A program made the position numbers and the translations under genes. The notes beneath the pieces are model-generated. The model saw nothing but the letters and a program-made list of their open reading frames with translations, was not told the DNA's origin and searched no databases. Source: Bacteroidales bacterium (lineage in GTDB: Bacteria > Bacteroidota > Bacteroidia > Bacteroidales > JAGONC01). Taken from it: a stretch of DNA of 64,000 nucleotides. The stretch spans positions 7,681-71,680 of the forward strand of contig JAGLWB010000328.1 of assembly GCA_023133655.1 (NCBI GenBank), in the 5' to 3' direction. Positions 1 to 10,340 of this stretch are shown here, piece after piece (the stretch's first letter is position 1; each line of letters starts with the position of its first letter).

Positions 1-314
1 CCTGCTGTAATAAACAGCATCTTAGTTTGGTTTTGTAAAGCCTCCTTTATTTCATCCACATGATTGAGGGCAGCTTCTTTACCTACCGATGGGATCGATC
101 CGGCACCTAAACCCAACGTGCCAAGTTGCACTTTATTTGGAATAGGGCTGGTTTCTAAAGCTTGTATGTCGGTGTTGCATAATATAAAGTCAACCCCCTG
201 TATTCCTTGCTTGAACATGTGGGTAACCGCATTACAACCACCACCTCCAACGCCAATAACTTTTATGTACGATGACTGATCTTTTGGAGAATCAAATTTT
301 AGCATTTCAGGCAT
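1..314 (-). CDS. ftsZ: Cell division GTPase FtsZ, N-terminal part (gene runs off the window start)
   Basis: Not listed in the ORF track. Hand translation of the minus strand from the ATG (complement of 312-314) gives MPEMLKFDSPKDQSSYIKVIGVGGGGCNAVTHMFKQGIQGVDFILCNTDIQALETS..LGAGS.., which is the FtsZ N-terminal VIGVGGGGxNAV / NTDxQAL pattern. It lies directly downstream of ftsA, as in dcw clusters. Confidence 0.9.
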   Translation of the reverse strand, partial: MPEMLKFDSPKDQSSYIKVIGVGGGGCNAVTHMFKQGIQGVDFILCNTDIQALETSPIPNKVQLGTLGLGAGSIPSVGKEAALNHVDEIKEALQNQTKMLFITA

Positions 315-410
315 AATTTCAATCGTTAAAATTAGTTTTTAATATATTTCTAATTGACAAGCTACTATTTTTTTATTCACAAATTCTTGGTTAATTATTC
401 ACAATGTTTT

Positions 411-1685
411 TTAGTCAACACCTTCTTCATCAAACCACGATTTAATTTTGTCAAAGAAACTGGACCCTTCCTCTCTTGGTTCCCCTTTTTTTTCGCTGGG
501 TAGTACCCTTTCTTTTTTCATTCGACCTTTTTCAGCTCTTTCGAGACCTATCATTACAAGCCCTACTCCGGTAGCATACATAGGGCTTGCAATCTCTTCA
601 GGAACATCTTGCCCGAGGTGCTCATTCGGATACCCGATCCTGGTATCCATTCCGGTAATAAACTCTGTGAGCTGGGCAATATGAAGAAGTTGTGCACCAC
701 CTCCGGTAAGCACAATTCCTGCTATGAGTTTATTCTCACACCCACTGTTTTTTATTTCAAAATGGATATGTTCGATAATTTCTTCCATGCGAGCTTGTAT
801 GATTCCTGCAAGGTTTTTTAAGGAGATTTCTTTTGGAGGACGGCCTCTCAACCCTGGAATTGCAACAATCTCCTGTTCTTTATTCTCACTTGCCAGAGCC
901 GAACCAAACTTAACTTTTAGCTCCTCTGCATGTTTTTTTATGATTGTGCATCCTTCTTTTACATCATCTGTAATAATGTCGCCTCCAAATGGGATGACCG
1001 CAGTGTGCCTGATAATTCCATCCTGAAAGATGGCAATATCGGTTGTACCACCACCTATATCCACCAGCACAACACCTGCTTCTTTTTCTTCTTCACTGAT
1101 AACCGATTCAGCCGATGCAATTGGCTCCAGAATCAACTCTGTTACTTCAAGATTTGTCTTTCGAACACATTTATAAATATTCTTTGCTGCTGCGGTTTGC
1201 CCGGTGATGATATGAAAATTAGCTTCCAATGATATCCCTGACATCCCTACCGGTTCTGTTATGCCCCGTTCTCCATCTATCATATATTCCTGAGGGATTA
1301 CCTCAATTATTTCTTCTCCGGGACTCATGGCAAGTTTATACATGTTTTCATTTAATCGGTCGATATCTTCCTGGCTTATCTCATTGTCGTTGTTGTTACG
1401 GATCAAACTCCCATGATGCTGCAAACTCTTAATGTGTTGCCCGGCAATACCTACACTGACAGTTTCAATATTTACTCCTGATTTAATCTCAGCTTCTCTT
1501 ATGGCTTTATGTATGGAGTTAACCGTATGTTCAATATTTGATACAACGCCTCTTTTAACTCCGATCGATTCGGATTTCCCGGACCCTAATATTTCAATTT
1601 TATTATATTCGTTCACCCGGCCAACAATAGCAGCAATCTTTGTTGTGCCAATATCCAGACCTACAATAATTTCTGATGTGTCCAT
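411..1685 (-). CDS. ftsA: Cell division protein FtsA (actin-like ATPase)
   Basis: 424-aa ORF with an ATG start. Actin-fold phosphate motifs GLDIGTTKIAAIVG and VLVDIGGGTTDIAIF. Located between ftsQ and ftsZ. Confidence 0.95.
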   Translation of the reverse strand: MDTSEIIVGLDIGTTKIAAIVGRVNEYNKIEILGSGKSESIGVKRGVVSNIEHTVNSIHKAIREAEIKSGVNIETVSVGIAGQHIKSLQHHGSLIRNNNDNEISQEDIDRLNENMYKLAMSPGEEIIEVIPQEYMIDGERGITEPVGMSGISLEANFHIITGQTAAAKNIYKCVRKTNLEVTELILEPIASAESVISEEEKEAGVVLVDIGGGTTDIAIFQDGIIRHTAVIPFGGDIITDDVKEGCTIIKKHAEELKVKFGSALASENKEQEIVAIPGLRGRPPKEISLKNLAGIIQARMEEIIEHIHFEIKNSGCENKLIAGIVLTGGGAQLLHIAQLTEFITGMDTRIGYPNEHLGQDVPEEIASPMYATGVGLVMIGLERAEKGRMKKERVLPSEKKGEPREEGSSFFDKIKSWFDEEGVD

Positions 1686-1692
1686 TTTTATT

Positions 1693-2484
1693 TTATTTAG
1701 AACAAACTATTTGATTAGCATATTTCAGATTGATAATTTTGTATTTTTCCCACCCCTCTTGTTCAAGGATTTTTGTGTAAAAGATTTTTAATTTCCAGAA
1801 TTTTTTTTCCATATCATTAATTTTCCCGAAATGAATAATATGGCTTCCCACTTTTGGAACCAATTCAAACTCTTTTGATCCATTAATGAAGATCTGCTCA
1901 ATCTGGGCTTTTAAGAATTTGTCATTGTTTATGCAATTAACCAACAAATAAACCTTCTCAAGATCAGACAGATCTCTCTCCTCCAATTCGTTATGTTTAA
2001 TACCTATTTTTAACGAAGTAACATCATTAAGAGGATCTGTTAAATTGCCATTGGCGATGATAACCCTGGCTGCTTTTTGTGGATGTAACGGCATTAAGTA
2101 CCCATCGGCATCAATGTAACAGCCTTTTCCATTATTATTAATAACCCTGACTCTGGGTTGCCTCTGTTGTATTCTTACATGCAAAGTCCCATTTATTGTA
2201 GTATAAACATCCACTTTTTTTGAATATGGGATATTTTGTATTATCTGGTTCAGTTCTTCCAGGCTTAATTCTGACATAAACCTACCTATTACCGAGTCAT
2301 ACTCATTATTAATGAGCGAAAGAATATCATTATTCGTGATAAATGATTCGCTATTATTATGATCTATTGTGATTTTGATTTCACGAATCCTCACAGACTT
2401 CTGCTTTTTCTCAATAAATCCCAAAATAATGACTACGATTGCCGCCAGGAGCATCATCAGAATGATATGTAGTAGTCTTTTCAT
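1693..2484 (-). CDS. ftsQ: Cell division protein FtsQ (POTRA-type)
   Basis: 263-aa ORF with one N-terminal TM helix (LLHIILMMLLAAIVVIILGF) followed by a POTRA-like region. Conserved position between murC and ftsA. Confidence 0.8.
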   Translation of the reverse strand: MKRLLHIILMMLLAAIVVIILGFIEKKQKSVRIREIKITIDHNNSESFITNNDILSLINNEYDSVIGRFMSELSLEELNQIIQNIPYSKKVDVYTTINGTLHVRIQQRQPRVRVINNNGKGCYIDADGYLMPLHPQKAARVIIANGNLTDPLNDVTSLKIGIKHNELEERDLSDLEKVYLLVNCINNDKFLKAQIEQIFINGSKEFELVPKVGSHIIHFGKINDMEKKFWKLKIFYTKILEQEGWEKYKIINLKYANQIVCSK

Positions 2485-2499
2485 TGCCGCCTCAAATAC

Positions 2500-3864
2500 T
2501 TAATTTATCATCTTTGTCTTTAAGTAGTTTTCTATTGGTATTACTAATCTGTCTATATCTCCTGCACCCAATGTTAGGAGAACTTCAAACTTTTTTTGAT
2601 TTAACACATCTATGATATCCCGTTTTTTGCACACCATTTTTTGCGCCTTATCTATCTTCTGTAATAGCATGTCAGAGCTGATTCCCTCAATTGGTGTTTC
2701 TCTTGCTGGATAGATTGGTAGTAGTATTACTTCATCCAACATCTCCAGGCTTTTAGCAAAATCTTCAGCAAAATCCCGCGTTCTTGAATAAAGGTGGGGT
2801 TGAAAGATTCCGGTTATTTTTTTCCCGGGATAGGTTTCTTTCACAGCCAGGATGATTGCTTTCAATTCTTCAGGGTGATGTGCATAATCGTCGATAAAGA
2901 CGATTTTCTGTGAATTTATTCGAATATCAAACCTTCTTTCTACGCCCTTGTATGTGAGTAATGATTTTGAAATTTGCTCAGGTGATATTCCTACAGATAG
3001 GCAAACAGCTACTGCAGCCAATGCATTTTCGACATTAAATGACCCCAGTACCTGCAGTTTTATATCTTCAATGAACCTGTTTGCGGCATGTAAATGGAAA
3101 TGTTGAACACCATTATTTACGGTGAGATTTAAAGCCTGAAAATCAACATTGTGGGTTAGGCCGTAAGTTTTAATTGTAATATCCTGTCTGTTAACCCGCA
3201 AAAGATCATTTTTAATAATGAGTGTACCAGCTGGCTTAATATTATTAATGAATTGGGTGAATGAATCAAACAAATGATCCTTTTTGTGATAAATATCTAA
3301 ATGGTCGGGGTCAATGGAGCTTATTACAGCTACATCGGGCTGTAAATTCAAAAATGACCGGTCGAATTCATCCGCTTCAACAATCAAAAATTCTGCATCA
3401 GGCGAAATCACGAAATTGGACTCGAAATTTTTACTAATGCCTCCGATAAAAGCAATGATATCCTTTCCGCAGTCTTTCAGAATATACGAAATGATGGATG
3501 TAATGGTTGTTTTTCCATGAGATCCGGCAACAGCTATCGTAAAAAAGTCTTTAGATAGAAACCCAAGTAATTCAGCTCGTTTTGTTGTTGGGATATTAGT
3601 TTTTTTAAAGTATTGAAACTCAGCATTATCTGATGGGATAGCCGGGGTAAATACCACCAGGTCTATATTTTCTGGAATGTGCGATGGATTTTCATCGTAG
3701 TGAATATCAATTCCTTCTGCTTCAAGTTTTCTGGTCAAATCTGTTTCGGTCTTATCATAGCCATAAACTGCTACTTTATGGTAATGAAAGTAACGAGCTA
3801 ATGCGCTCATACCAATCCCTCCAATACCAAGAAAGTAAATATTTTTTATGTTTGACAGATCCAT
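2500..3864 (-). CDS. murC: UDP-N-acetylmuramate--L-alanine ligase
   Basis: 454 aa. N-terminal FLGIGGIGMSALA motif and the Mur-ligase P-loop GSHGKTTITS. dcw context. Confidence 0.95.
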   Translation of the reverse strand: MDLSNIKNIYFLGIGGIGMSALARYFHYHKVAVYGYDKTETDLTRKLEAEGIDIHYDENPSHIPENIDLVVFTPAIPSDNAEFQYFKKTNIPTTKRAELLGFLSKDFFTIAVAGSHGKTTITSIISYILKDCGKDIIAFIGGISKNFESNFVISPDAEFLIVEADEFDRSFLNLQPDVAVISSIDPDHLDIYHKKDHLFDSFTQFINNIKPAGTLIIKNDLLRVNRQDITIKTYGLTHNVDFQALNLTVNNGVQHFHLHAANRFIEDIKLQVLGSFNVENALAAVAVCLSVGISPEQISKSLLTYKGVERRFDIRINSQKIVFIDDYAHHPEELKAIILAVKETYPGKKITGIFQPHLYSRTRDFAEDFAKSLEMLDEVILLPIYPARETPIEGISSDMLLQKIDKAQKMVCKKRDIIDVLNQKKFEVLLTLGAGDIDRLVIPIENYLKTKMIN

Positions 3865-3893
3865 TTTTAGAGCACTTATTTTTTTTTAACTTT

Positions 3894-5048
3894 TCATTGT
3901 TTTTTAGCTAGCGCCAGAATTTCGTCTGCGATCACATCCGCTGCATTAAGGTGCGCCAGCTTTGCAATATTAGTTGCCAGAAGTGACCTTTTTTTTGTCT
4001 CTTCAATGAGGTTGATTATCAAATTCCCAATACTCTCCTTTGCATCAGAGTCCCTGACCATTAATGCTGCATTTTTTTTAACCAATGCCATGGCATTTTT
4101 GGTTTGATGATCTTCAGCAGCATGTGGTAAAGGGACAAATATGGTTGGCTTCTTAACAGCACACAATTCGGAAATAGCAATTGCGCCAGCACGCGACACT
4201 ACTAAATCAGCTGCTGCATAGGCATAATCCATTCGCTGGATAAAAGCATGGACTTTTATCTGTGGTGTTTTTTGCTGCTCGATAATGTTTCTCGCGGTGT
4301 TATAGTATTTCTCGCCAGTTTGCCAGATAATTTGCACATCTTTGCTGGTAATTAGTTCAATGTTTGACCTGATACTTTCATTGATTGAAAGTGCACCCTG
4401 GCTTCCACCGATCACGAGAAGTGTTGTTTTTTCTTGATTTAGTTGAAAGTAGGAGAGAGCATCTTTCCTTTTTCCTTTTAGGTCCACGATTTCTTTTCGT
4501 ACAGGATTACCTGTTATTAGGATCTTTTCTTTTGGGAAGTATTTTTCCATACCCTCATATGCCACACATATTTTATTTGCTGCTTTACAAAGCAATTTGT
4601 TTGTTATTCCAGGGTAGGAATTTTGTTCCTGAAGAACAGTTGGAACCCCTTTTTTTGAAGCCACTTTTAGAGCAGGCCCACTGGCATACCCTCCAACACC
4701 CACAGCAATGTCAGGTTTAAACCTGTTAATTATCATTAACGCCTGAGTCAGGCTAAAAATGACCTTAAATGGGAAGAGTATGTTTTTCAATGTTATTCTG
4801 CGTTGGAAGCCACTGATCCACAAACCTTCTATCTGATACCCGGCTTCTGGTATTTTTTTCATTTCCATGCGACCTAGTGCACCAACGAAAAGAATATCTG
4901 CATCACATTTTTGTTTTAACGCATTTGCAATGGCCAATGCCGGGAAAATATGCCCTCCCGTTCCTCCTCCACTTATCAATATTTTTACTTTATGCTGTGG
5001 CAATGTTTGTTGTAGTTTTATGTTGAGTTTCAATATCTCTGCTAACAC
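3894..5048 (-). CDS. murG: Undecaprenyldiphospho-muramoylpentapeptide beta-N-acetylglucosaminyltransferase
   Basis: ISGGGTGGHIFPALA signature. The ORF-track start is a GTG at 5048 that overlaps ftsW by 59 nt. An in-frame TTG at 5003 (..PQHKVKILISGGGTGGH) is an alternative start, and there is no ATG upstream of the motif. Confidence 0.93.
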   Translation of the reverse strand: MLAEILKLNIKLQQTLPQHKVKILISGGGTGGHIFPALAIANALKQKCDADILFVGALGRMEMKKIPEAGYQIEGLWISGFQRRITLKNILFPFKVIFSLTQALMIINRFKPDIAVGVGGYASGPALKVASKKGVPTVLQEQNSYPGITNKLLCKAANKICVAYEGMEKYFPKEKILITGNPVRKEIVDLKGKRKDALSYFQLNQEKTTLLVIGGSQGALSINESIRSNIELITSKDVQIIWQTGEKYYNTARNIIEQQKTPQIKVHAFIQRMDYAYAAADLVVSRAGAIAISELCAVKKPTIFVPLPHAAEDHQTKNAMALVKKNAALMVRDSDAKESIGNLIINLIEETKKRSLLATNIAKLAHLNAADVIADEILALAKKQ

Positions 5049-6132
5049 TTAGAATTATACCGATGGCAATACTTGTGAACCATAATGATGTCCCGCCCAT
5101 TGATACCAAAGGGAGAGTGAGCCCTGTAACAGGGAGAAGGCCTAAGGAGACGGCCATATGTATGAACGCCTGGAATACCAGGCTTAAACTTAATCCAATA
5201 GTCAAAAATGCCCCGAAGTGCCTGGGGCTCCGTATTACGATTTTTATTGAACGGTGAAGAAGAATCAAATACATAAATAGAATGAGAAAACCACCAATTA
5301 ATCCGAATTCTTCAATGATGATGGCATAGATGTAATCTGAATAGGGGTGAGGAAGAAAATCTTTCTGCATACTGTTACCGGGCATCTTGCCAAAGATGCC
5401 TCCTGTGGCTATAGCGATTTTTGCTTGCTCCGCCTGATAGTTTCCCTCATCATTATTGCCTTTGAACTGTTCAACCCTGTTTTTCCATGTACCAAATCTT
5501 CCAACATCCGGATATTGATAAATGATCATAATTAATAAACCCATCATAACTACACTAATTCCAATCAGAGCAAATATGTATTTTAGATTTACCCTTCCAA
5601 TGAAAATTAATACCAGGGAGGTAAGGAACAAAAGCCCCGCAGTTGAAAAGTCGGCTGGTAAAATTAGCCCACAAACAAGCAGAATGGGTAGAATGATGGG
5701 TACGAAGGTCGACTTAAATTCTTTTATTTCGTTTTGTTTTTTGGTAAGCAACCGTGCAATGAAAATAATTAATGCCAACTTAGCAAAATCGGAAGGCTGG
5801 AATGAAATGTTAATCATCGGCAATGTATACCACCGGGATGCTTCATTAATAGAGGTACCAAAAAACAATGTATAAGCAAGAAGAGGAATGGCAATATATA
5901 GCGCAATTTGGGAAATTCGAGCGTAGTATGTATATTTTATCAAATGAGCCAAATACATGAGGCCTAATGCCAGGATCATGATTCCAAAGTGTTTGAAAAG
6001 ATAATATTCGGTATTCCCCGACTGGTATTTATAAGCCAGGGTCCCGGTAGAACTGTAAACAGCAAGTATCGAAAAAATCGATAAAATAATTACTACAATC
6101 CAGATAACCTTATCTCCCTTTATGAAATTCAT
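4990..6132 (-). CDS. ftsW: Peptidoglycan glycosyltransferase FtsW (SEDS family)
   Basis: 380-aa polytopic membrane ORF of the FtsW/RodA/SpoVE type (..PSDFAKLALII.., ..LPHPYSDYIYAII.EE.G..G). Located between murD and murG. Confidence 0.9.
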   Translation of the reverse strand: MNFIKGDKVIWIVVIILSIFSILAVYSSTGTLAYKYQSGNTEYYLFKHFGIMILALGLMYLAHLIKYTYYARISQIALYIAIPLLAYTLFFGTSINEASRWYTLPMINISFQPSDFAKLALIIFIARLLTKKQNEIKEFKSTFVPIILPILLVCGLILPADFSTAGLLFLTSLVLIFIGRVNLKYIFALIGISVVMMGLLIMIIYQYPDVGRFGTWKNRVEQFKGNNDEGNYQAEQAKIAIATGGIFGKMPGNSMQKDFLPHPYSDYIYAIIIEEFGLIGGFLILFMYLILLHRSIKIVIRSPRHFGAFLTIGLSLSLVFQAFIHMAVSLGLLPVTGLTLPLVSMGGTSLWFTSIAIGIILSVSRDIETQHKTTTNIATA

Positions 6133-6177
6133 TTTTAACTGTACTTTTTACGTTTAAAGCAACCCCCCAACAAGTTA

Positions 6178-7554
6178 TCAAAGCTTTTTTACAGCATTCT
6201 TAAATTTTCGTCCCCGGTCTTCGTAATTGTTGAATAAATCGAAACTGGCGCAAGCCGGGGATAAAAGAACAGTCTCACCATCTGCTGCTAGTTGGTATGC
6301 AGCCTGTACCGCTTCTTCTGCGGAATGAGCCTCAGTCATAATATCTACCTGATCAGAAAAAGCTTTGATTAGTTTTGTATTATCCAATCCCAGGCAAATA
6401 ATGGCTTTTACTTTTTTTCTAACCAGTTCTTTCAACTGACTGTAATCATTGCCCTTATCAATACCTCCTGCGACCCATATAATAGGTTTGTTAACAGATT
6501 CAAGAGCATACCATGTAGCATTAATATTTGTTGCTTTGGAATCATTAATAAATTCAATTCCATGGACCCTGGCAACATACTCCAATCGATGTTCGATATG
6601 CTGAAAATCTGAAAGACTTTCCCTAATGGTTTCTTTCCGAATGTCCAATATCCTGGCTGCAATACCTGCAGCCATTGAATTGTAAATGTTGTGTCGGCCT
6701 TGTAGTGCTAAATTTTCTAAAGTCATTTCTAGTGTTTCACCGTTTATGTTAATAATTAATTTATTTCCTTTTTTGTATTCACTTTCACTCATTTCTGATG
6801 TTAGGGGGTGCGATAAACAGGCCCCTTCATCTGTAATGCGCTGAAATATGGAGAATGGATATTTCTTTGCCGCTATATTTCGCTTCGATAATTCACTCTC
6901 TATTATTTCGTCATCAGCACAATATATTATTGCATCGAGGTTAGACTGGTTCTGAATAATCCTGAGCTTTGAGTTGATATATCTCGAAAACTCATTATTG
7001 TACCTGTCAAGATGATCGGGTGTAATATTGAGTATTACTGCTATATCAGCTTTAAAATCATACATTCCGTCAAGCTGAAAACTGCTAATTTCAAGCACAT
7101 AAAAGTCATGTTCTTTTTTAGCAATTAACCCGGCAAAACTTTTTCCTATGTTTCCTGCTATACCGGTATTCAGTCTGGCTCTGGATAGTATGTTACCTGT
7201 TAGGAGCGTGGTTGTTGTTTTTCCATTACTACCCGTTATGCAAATCTTTTTTGCAGTACAATATCTTCCGGCAAACTCTATCTCCGAAATAACGGGTATA
7301 TGCTTCTTTTTTAGCAGGGTGATCAATGGTAAATTGTCAGGTATTCCTGGACTTTTTACGATCTCATCAGCTTGCAAAATTTTTTCACAGGTATGCCTCC
7401 CTTCCTCAAATGCTATCTCATAATGTGAAAGAACGTTCTTGTATTTGTTTTTTATGATTCCATTATCTGAAACAAAAGCCTCCAACCCTTTTTTCTTTGC
7501 CAGAAGAGCGGCACCAACGCCACTTTCCCCTGCCCCCAGTACCGCAACATGCAT
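6178..7554 (-). CDS. murD: UDP-N-acetylmuramoylalanine--D-glutamate ligase
   Basis: VAVLGAGESGVGAA N-terminal fold and the GSNGKTTTT P-loop. The ORF-track start (7575) is a TTG. The first ATG (7554) gives MHVAVLGAGESG, the usual MurD N-terminus, so I report that one. Confidence 0.93.
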   Translation of the reverse strand: MHVAVLGAGESGVGAALLAKKKGLEAFVSDNGIIKNKYKNVLSHYEIAFEEGRHTCEKILQADEIVKSPGIPDNLPLITLLKKKHIPVISEIEFAGRYCTAKKICITGSNGKTTTTLLTGNILSRARLNTGIAGNIGKSFAGLIAKKEHDFYVLEISSFQLDGMYDFKADIAVILNITPDHLDRYNNEFSRYINSKLRIIQNQSNLDAIIYCADDEIIESELSKRNIAAKKYPFSIFQRITDEGACLSHPLTSEMSESEYKKGNKLIININGETLEMTLENLALQGRHNIYNSMAAGIAARILDIRKETIRESLSDFQHIEHRLEYVARVHGIEFINDSKATNINATWYALESVNKPIIWVAGGIDKGNDYSQLKELVRKKVKAIICLGLDNTKLIKAFSDQVDIMTEAHSAEEAVQAAYQLAADGETVLLSPACASFDLFNNYEDRGRKFKNAVKKL

Positions 7555-7599
7555 ATGTCTTTTGTTTTCATTCAATGTTATCTTGTTAATTGTGTTTAG

Positions 7600-8850
7600 T
7601 TATCTAATTTTTAATGTTATGATTGTAATAACTGCCAGCATCACTCCAACAATCAGGAAACGCATTACAATTTTTGGTTCAGAGTACCCTAAAAGCTGGT
7701 AATGATGATGTAGGGGAGCCATTTTGAAGATTCTTTTTCCAGCCCCATATTTTCTTTTTGTGAATTTAAAGTAGCCCACCTGCATAATCACCGACAGGTT
7801 TTCAATAAGGAATATCCCACATAAAATAGGGATCAGGATTTCTTTGCGGATAATGATTGCAAAAACAGCAATAATTCCTCCCAGGGCAAGGCTGCCGGTA
7901 TCTCCCATGAAAACCTGGGCAGGGTAACTGTTATACCATAAAAACCCTATACAGGCACCGACAAATGCACTGATGTAAATTGTCAATTCACCAATATTTG
8001 GGATGTACATGATGTTCAGGTAATCGGCAAAAATGATATTCCCGGATACCCAGGCCAGAATTCCCAGGGTTGCACCAATTACTGCAGAGGTGCCAGTGGC
8101 TAAACCATCCAGTCCGTCTGTAAGATTCGCACCGTTTGACACAGCGATAATAATAAGTATCACTATAGGAATGAAAATCAGGAAAGCCCATTTGTATGAT
8201 TTTTCGCCTAAGAATGATAAGAAAATAGCGTAATCAAATTCATTGTTTTTGAAAAAAGGAATGGTTGTTTTGGTTGAGTTTATTGGTTTTGAGTTGAATT
8301 TGTCACCAGGTGCTACCCTGCCATTTTCAGCTGATTGGGCTAACACAGTGATCTCCTCCCGGCTTAATTTTTCCCTTATAACGATTGAATCACTAAAAAC
8401 CATGGTTAACCCAACTATTAACCCTAACCCAACTTGTCCGAAAATTTTGAACTTCCCTGCAAGCCCCTTTTTGTCTTTTTTAAATATTTTTATATAATCA
8501 TCAATAAATCCAATTAATGCCAGCCATCCAGTTGATATTAAAATCAATGTGATGTAAATATTATTTAGCTTAGCAAATAGAAGGGTAGGGATCAGGATGG
8601 CGCCAAGAATAATCAACCCTCCCATGCTTGGCGTTCCTTGTTTTGCGTTTTGTCCTTCTAATCCAAGATCCCTGACAGCCTCACCAACTTGTTTTTTCTT
8701 TAGGTAGTTGATTAGTTTTTTCCCAAATAATAATGAGATGATAAGAGAAGTAGTTACCGCCAAAGCAGCCCGGAATGAAATGTATTCAAATAGCCCGGCA
8801 CCGGGAAAGTTAAAAGCCTCTTCTAAATATTTAAACAAATGATAAAACAT
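7600..8850 (-). CDS. mraY: Phospho-N-acetylmuramoyl-pentapeptide transferase
   Basis: 416-aa polytopic ORF with MraY motifs (..GTPSMGG.., ..[13 protein letters not shown].., ..[11 protein letters not shown].., ..APLHHHY). Confidence 0.95.
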   Translation of the reverse strand: MFYHLFKYLEEAFNFPGAGLFEYISFRAALAVTTSLIISLLFGKKLINYLKKKQVGEAVRDLGLEGQNAKQGTPSMGGLIILGAILIPTLLFAKLNNIYITLILISTGWLALIGFIDDYIKIFKKDKKGLAGKFKIFGQVGLGLIVGLTMVFSDSIVIREKLSREEITVLAQSAENGRVAPGDKFNSKPINSTKTTIPFFKNNEFDYAIFLSFLGEKSYKWAFLIFIPIVILIIIAVSNGANLTDGLDGLATGTSAVIGATLGILAWVSGNIIFADYLNIMYIPNIGELTIYISAFVGACIGFLWYNSYPAQVFMGDTGSLALGGIIAVFAIIIRKEILIPILCGIFLIENLSVIMQVGYFKFTKRKYGAGKRIFKMAPLHHHYQLLGYSEPKIVMRFLIVGVMLAVITIITLKIR

Positions 8851-8858
8851 ACTGGTAA

Positions 8859-10328
8859 TTATGTTAGTTTATTTGATGATAGCACTGTTTTTATAATTTC
8901 CTTATCATTGAAAGGATACCTTATCCCTTTAATTTCCTGATAGGTCTCATGACCCTTCCCTGCTATCAGTATGATATCGTCAGGATTAGCCAATGCACAG
9001 GCTGTTTTAATGGCTTCCTTTCTGTCTATGATTTTTATAATTTTCATTTGGTTTACTTCATCAACATTTTTTGTCATTTCTTCAATGATTGCAGAGGGTG
9101 ATTCTGATCTGGGGTTATCAGAAGTCAGAATAACTTTGTCGCTGTAGTCGCAAGCTACCATTCCCATCAATGGCCGTTTTGTTGTATCTCTGTCTCCTCC
9201 CGCACCAACTACAGTTATTACCTTTGCCTGAGATGATTTTAGCGAGATAATAGTCATCAACACATTGTATAAGGCATCAGGTGTGTGTGCATAATCCACA
9301 ATAGCAGATATGTTGTTGTTACTTTTTATTATTTCAAATCTTCCATCTGCCGTTTTTAAAGCACTGAGAGAGGGAAATACTTTTTCTTTGTCTTCACCGA
9401 GCAGGCTTGCTGTGGCATAGGCTGCTAAAAGATTGTATGCGTTGAATGTCCCTGCAAGTTGAACCCAAACATTATTTCCGTCAATGAAAAGTTGCATGCC
9501 TTCCAGGCTGTCCTCGATGACCTTGCATCTGAAGTCTGCCATTGATCTCAGACTGTAAGTGTACTTTTTAGCCAGGGTATTCTGGAGCATCACGCTTCCA
9601 TTTTTATCATCTGTGTTGGTTAATGCAAAAGCAGTGGAAGGTAAATGGTCAAAAAAACTTTTTTTTGTGGATATATATAAATCAAATGATTTATGATAGT
9701 CGAGATGTTCGTGACTGATATTTGTGAATATTGCACCGTCAAACTCTAAACCTTCTATTCTTTTTTGATCAATAGCATGCGAACTGACTTCCATGAAGCA
9801 AACAGAACATTTATTTCTAACCATCTGATCAAGCAACCTGTTGATTTGCAATACATCAGGAGTTGTATGGGTCGAAGGTATTAATTGATCATTTATTCTG
9901 TTATTTATTGTCGATAGCAGTCCGACATTATATTTAAGATCTCTGAAAAGATTAAAAAGTAAAGTTGCAACTGTTGTTTTCCCGTTGGTTCCGGTAATTC
10001 CAATAAGTTTTATCTTGCTTGAAGGATGGTCATAGTAATGTGATGAAATGATTCCCAGTGCAAAAGAGGAGTTTTTAACCTGAATATAAGTAACAATGCT
10101 TGAACAGTGATCCGGAATTTGCTCACATACAATGCTTTGTGCCCCGGCTTTAACTGCTGTGTTAATAAATTTATGGCCATCAGAATGTAGGCCTTTGATA
10201 GCAACGAAAAGACTACCCGGAGTTACGTCTCTTGAATCAAAATGGATTTGAGTAACCGGAATATTTTTTTCGCCGATAATTTTAACTATCTCAACTTCCC
10301 TCAATATGTCTGTTAGCGTTCTTCTCAA
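8859..10328 (-). CDS. murE: UDP-N-acetylmuramoyl-L-alanyl-D-glutamate--2,6-diaminopimelate ligase
   Basis: 489 aa. [11 protein letters not shown]-loop, DYAHTPDAL, and a DNPR motif (TSDNPRSE) typical of mDAP-adding MurE. TTG start at 10328, with no nearby ATG. Confidence 0.93.
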   Translation of the reverse strand: MRRTLTDILREVEIVKIIGEKNIPVTQIHFDSRDVTPGSLFVAIKGLHSDGHKFINTAVKAGAQSIVCEQIPDHCSSIVTYIQVKNSSFALGIISSHYYDHPSSKIKLIGITGTNGKTTVATLLFNLFRDLKYNVGLLSTINNRINDQLIPSTHTTPDVLQINRLLDQMVRNKCSVCFMEVSSHAIDQKRIEGLEFDGAIFTNISHEHLDYHKSFDLYISTKKSFFDHLPSTAFALTNTDDKNGSVMLQNTLAKKYTYSLRSMADFRCKVIEDSLEGMQLFIDGNNVWVQLAGTFNAYNLLAAYATASLLGEDKEKVFPSLSALKTADGRFEIIKSNNNISAIVDYAHTPDALYNVLMTIISLKSSQAKVITVVGAGGDRDTTKRPLMGMVACDYSDKVILTSDNPRSESPSAIIEEMTKNVDEVNQMKIIKIIDRKEAIKTACALANPDDIILIAGKGHETYQEIKGIRYPFNDKEIIKTVLSSNKLT

Positions 10329-10340
10329 AATAAATATCTA

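Noticed and set aside
64-279. 71-aa plus-strand ORF at the window start, plus many similar 60-130-aa ORFs in the track that lie antisense to dcw genes (e.g. 448-684, 724-1026, 1432-1791, 5522-5875, 7148-7423, 8243-8497).
   Set aside because: They lie opposite strongly supported, motif-bearing genes (ftsZ, ftsA, ftsW, murD, mraY). They have low-complexity or hydrophobic translations typical of antisense frames in AT-rich DNA, and no recognisable motifs.
6432-6662. 76-aa minus-strand ORF in an alternative frame inside murD. The same applies to 7988-8191 inside mraY, 10010-10204 inside murE and 33661-34065 inside sppA.
   Set aside because: These are same-strand out-of-frame ORFs fully nested in well-supported genes, with no evidence of programmed frameshifting or independent function.
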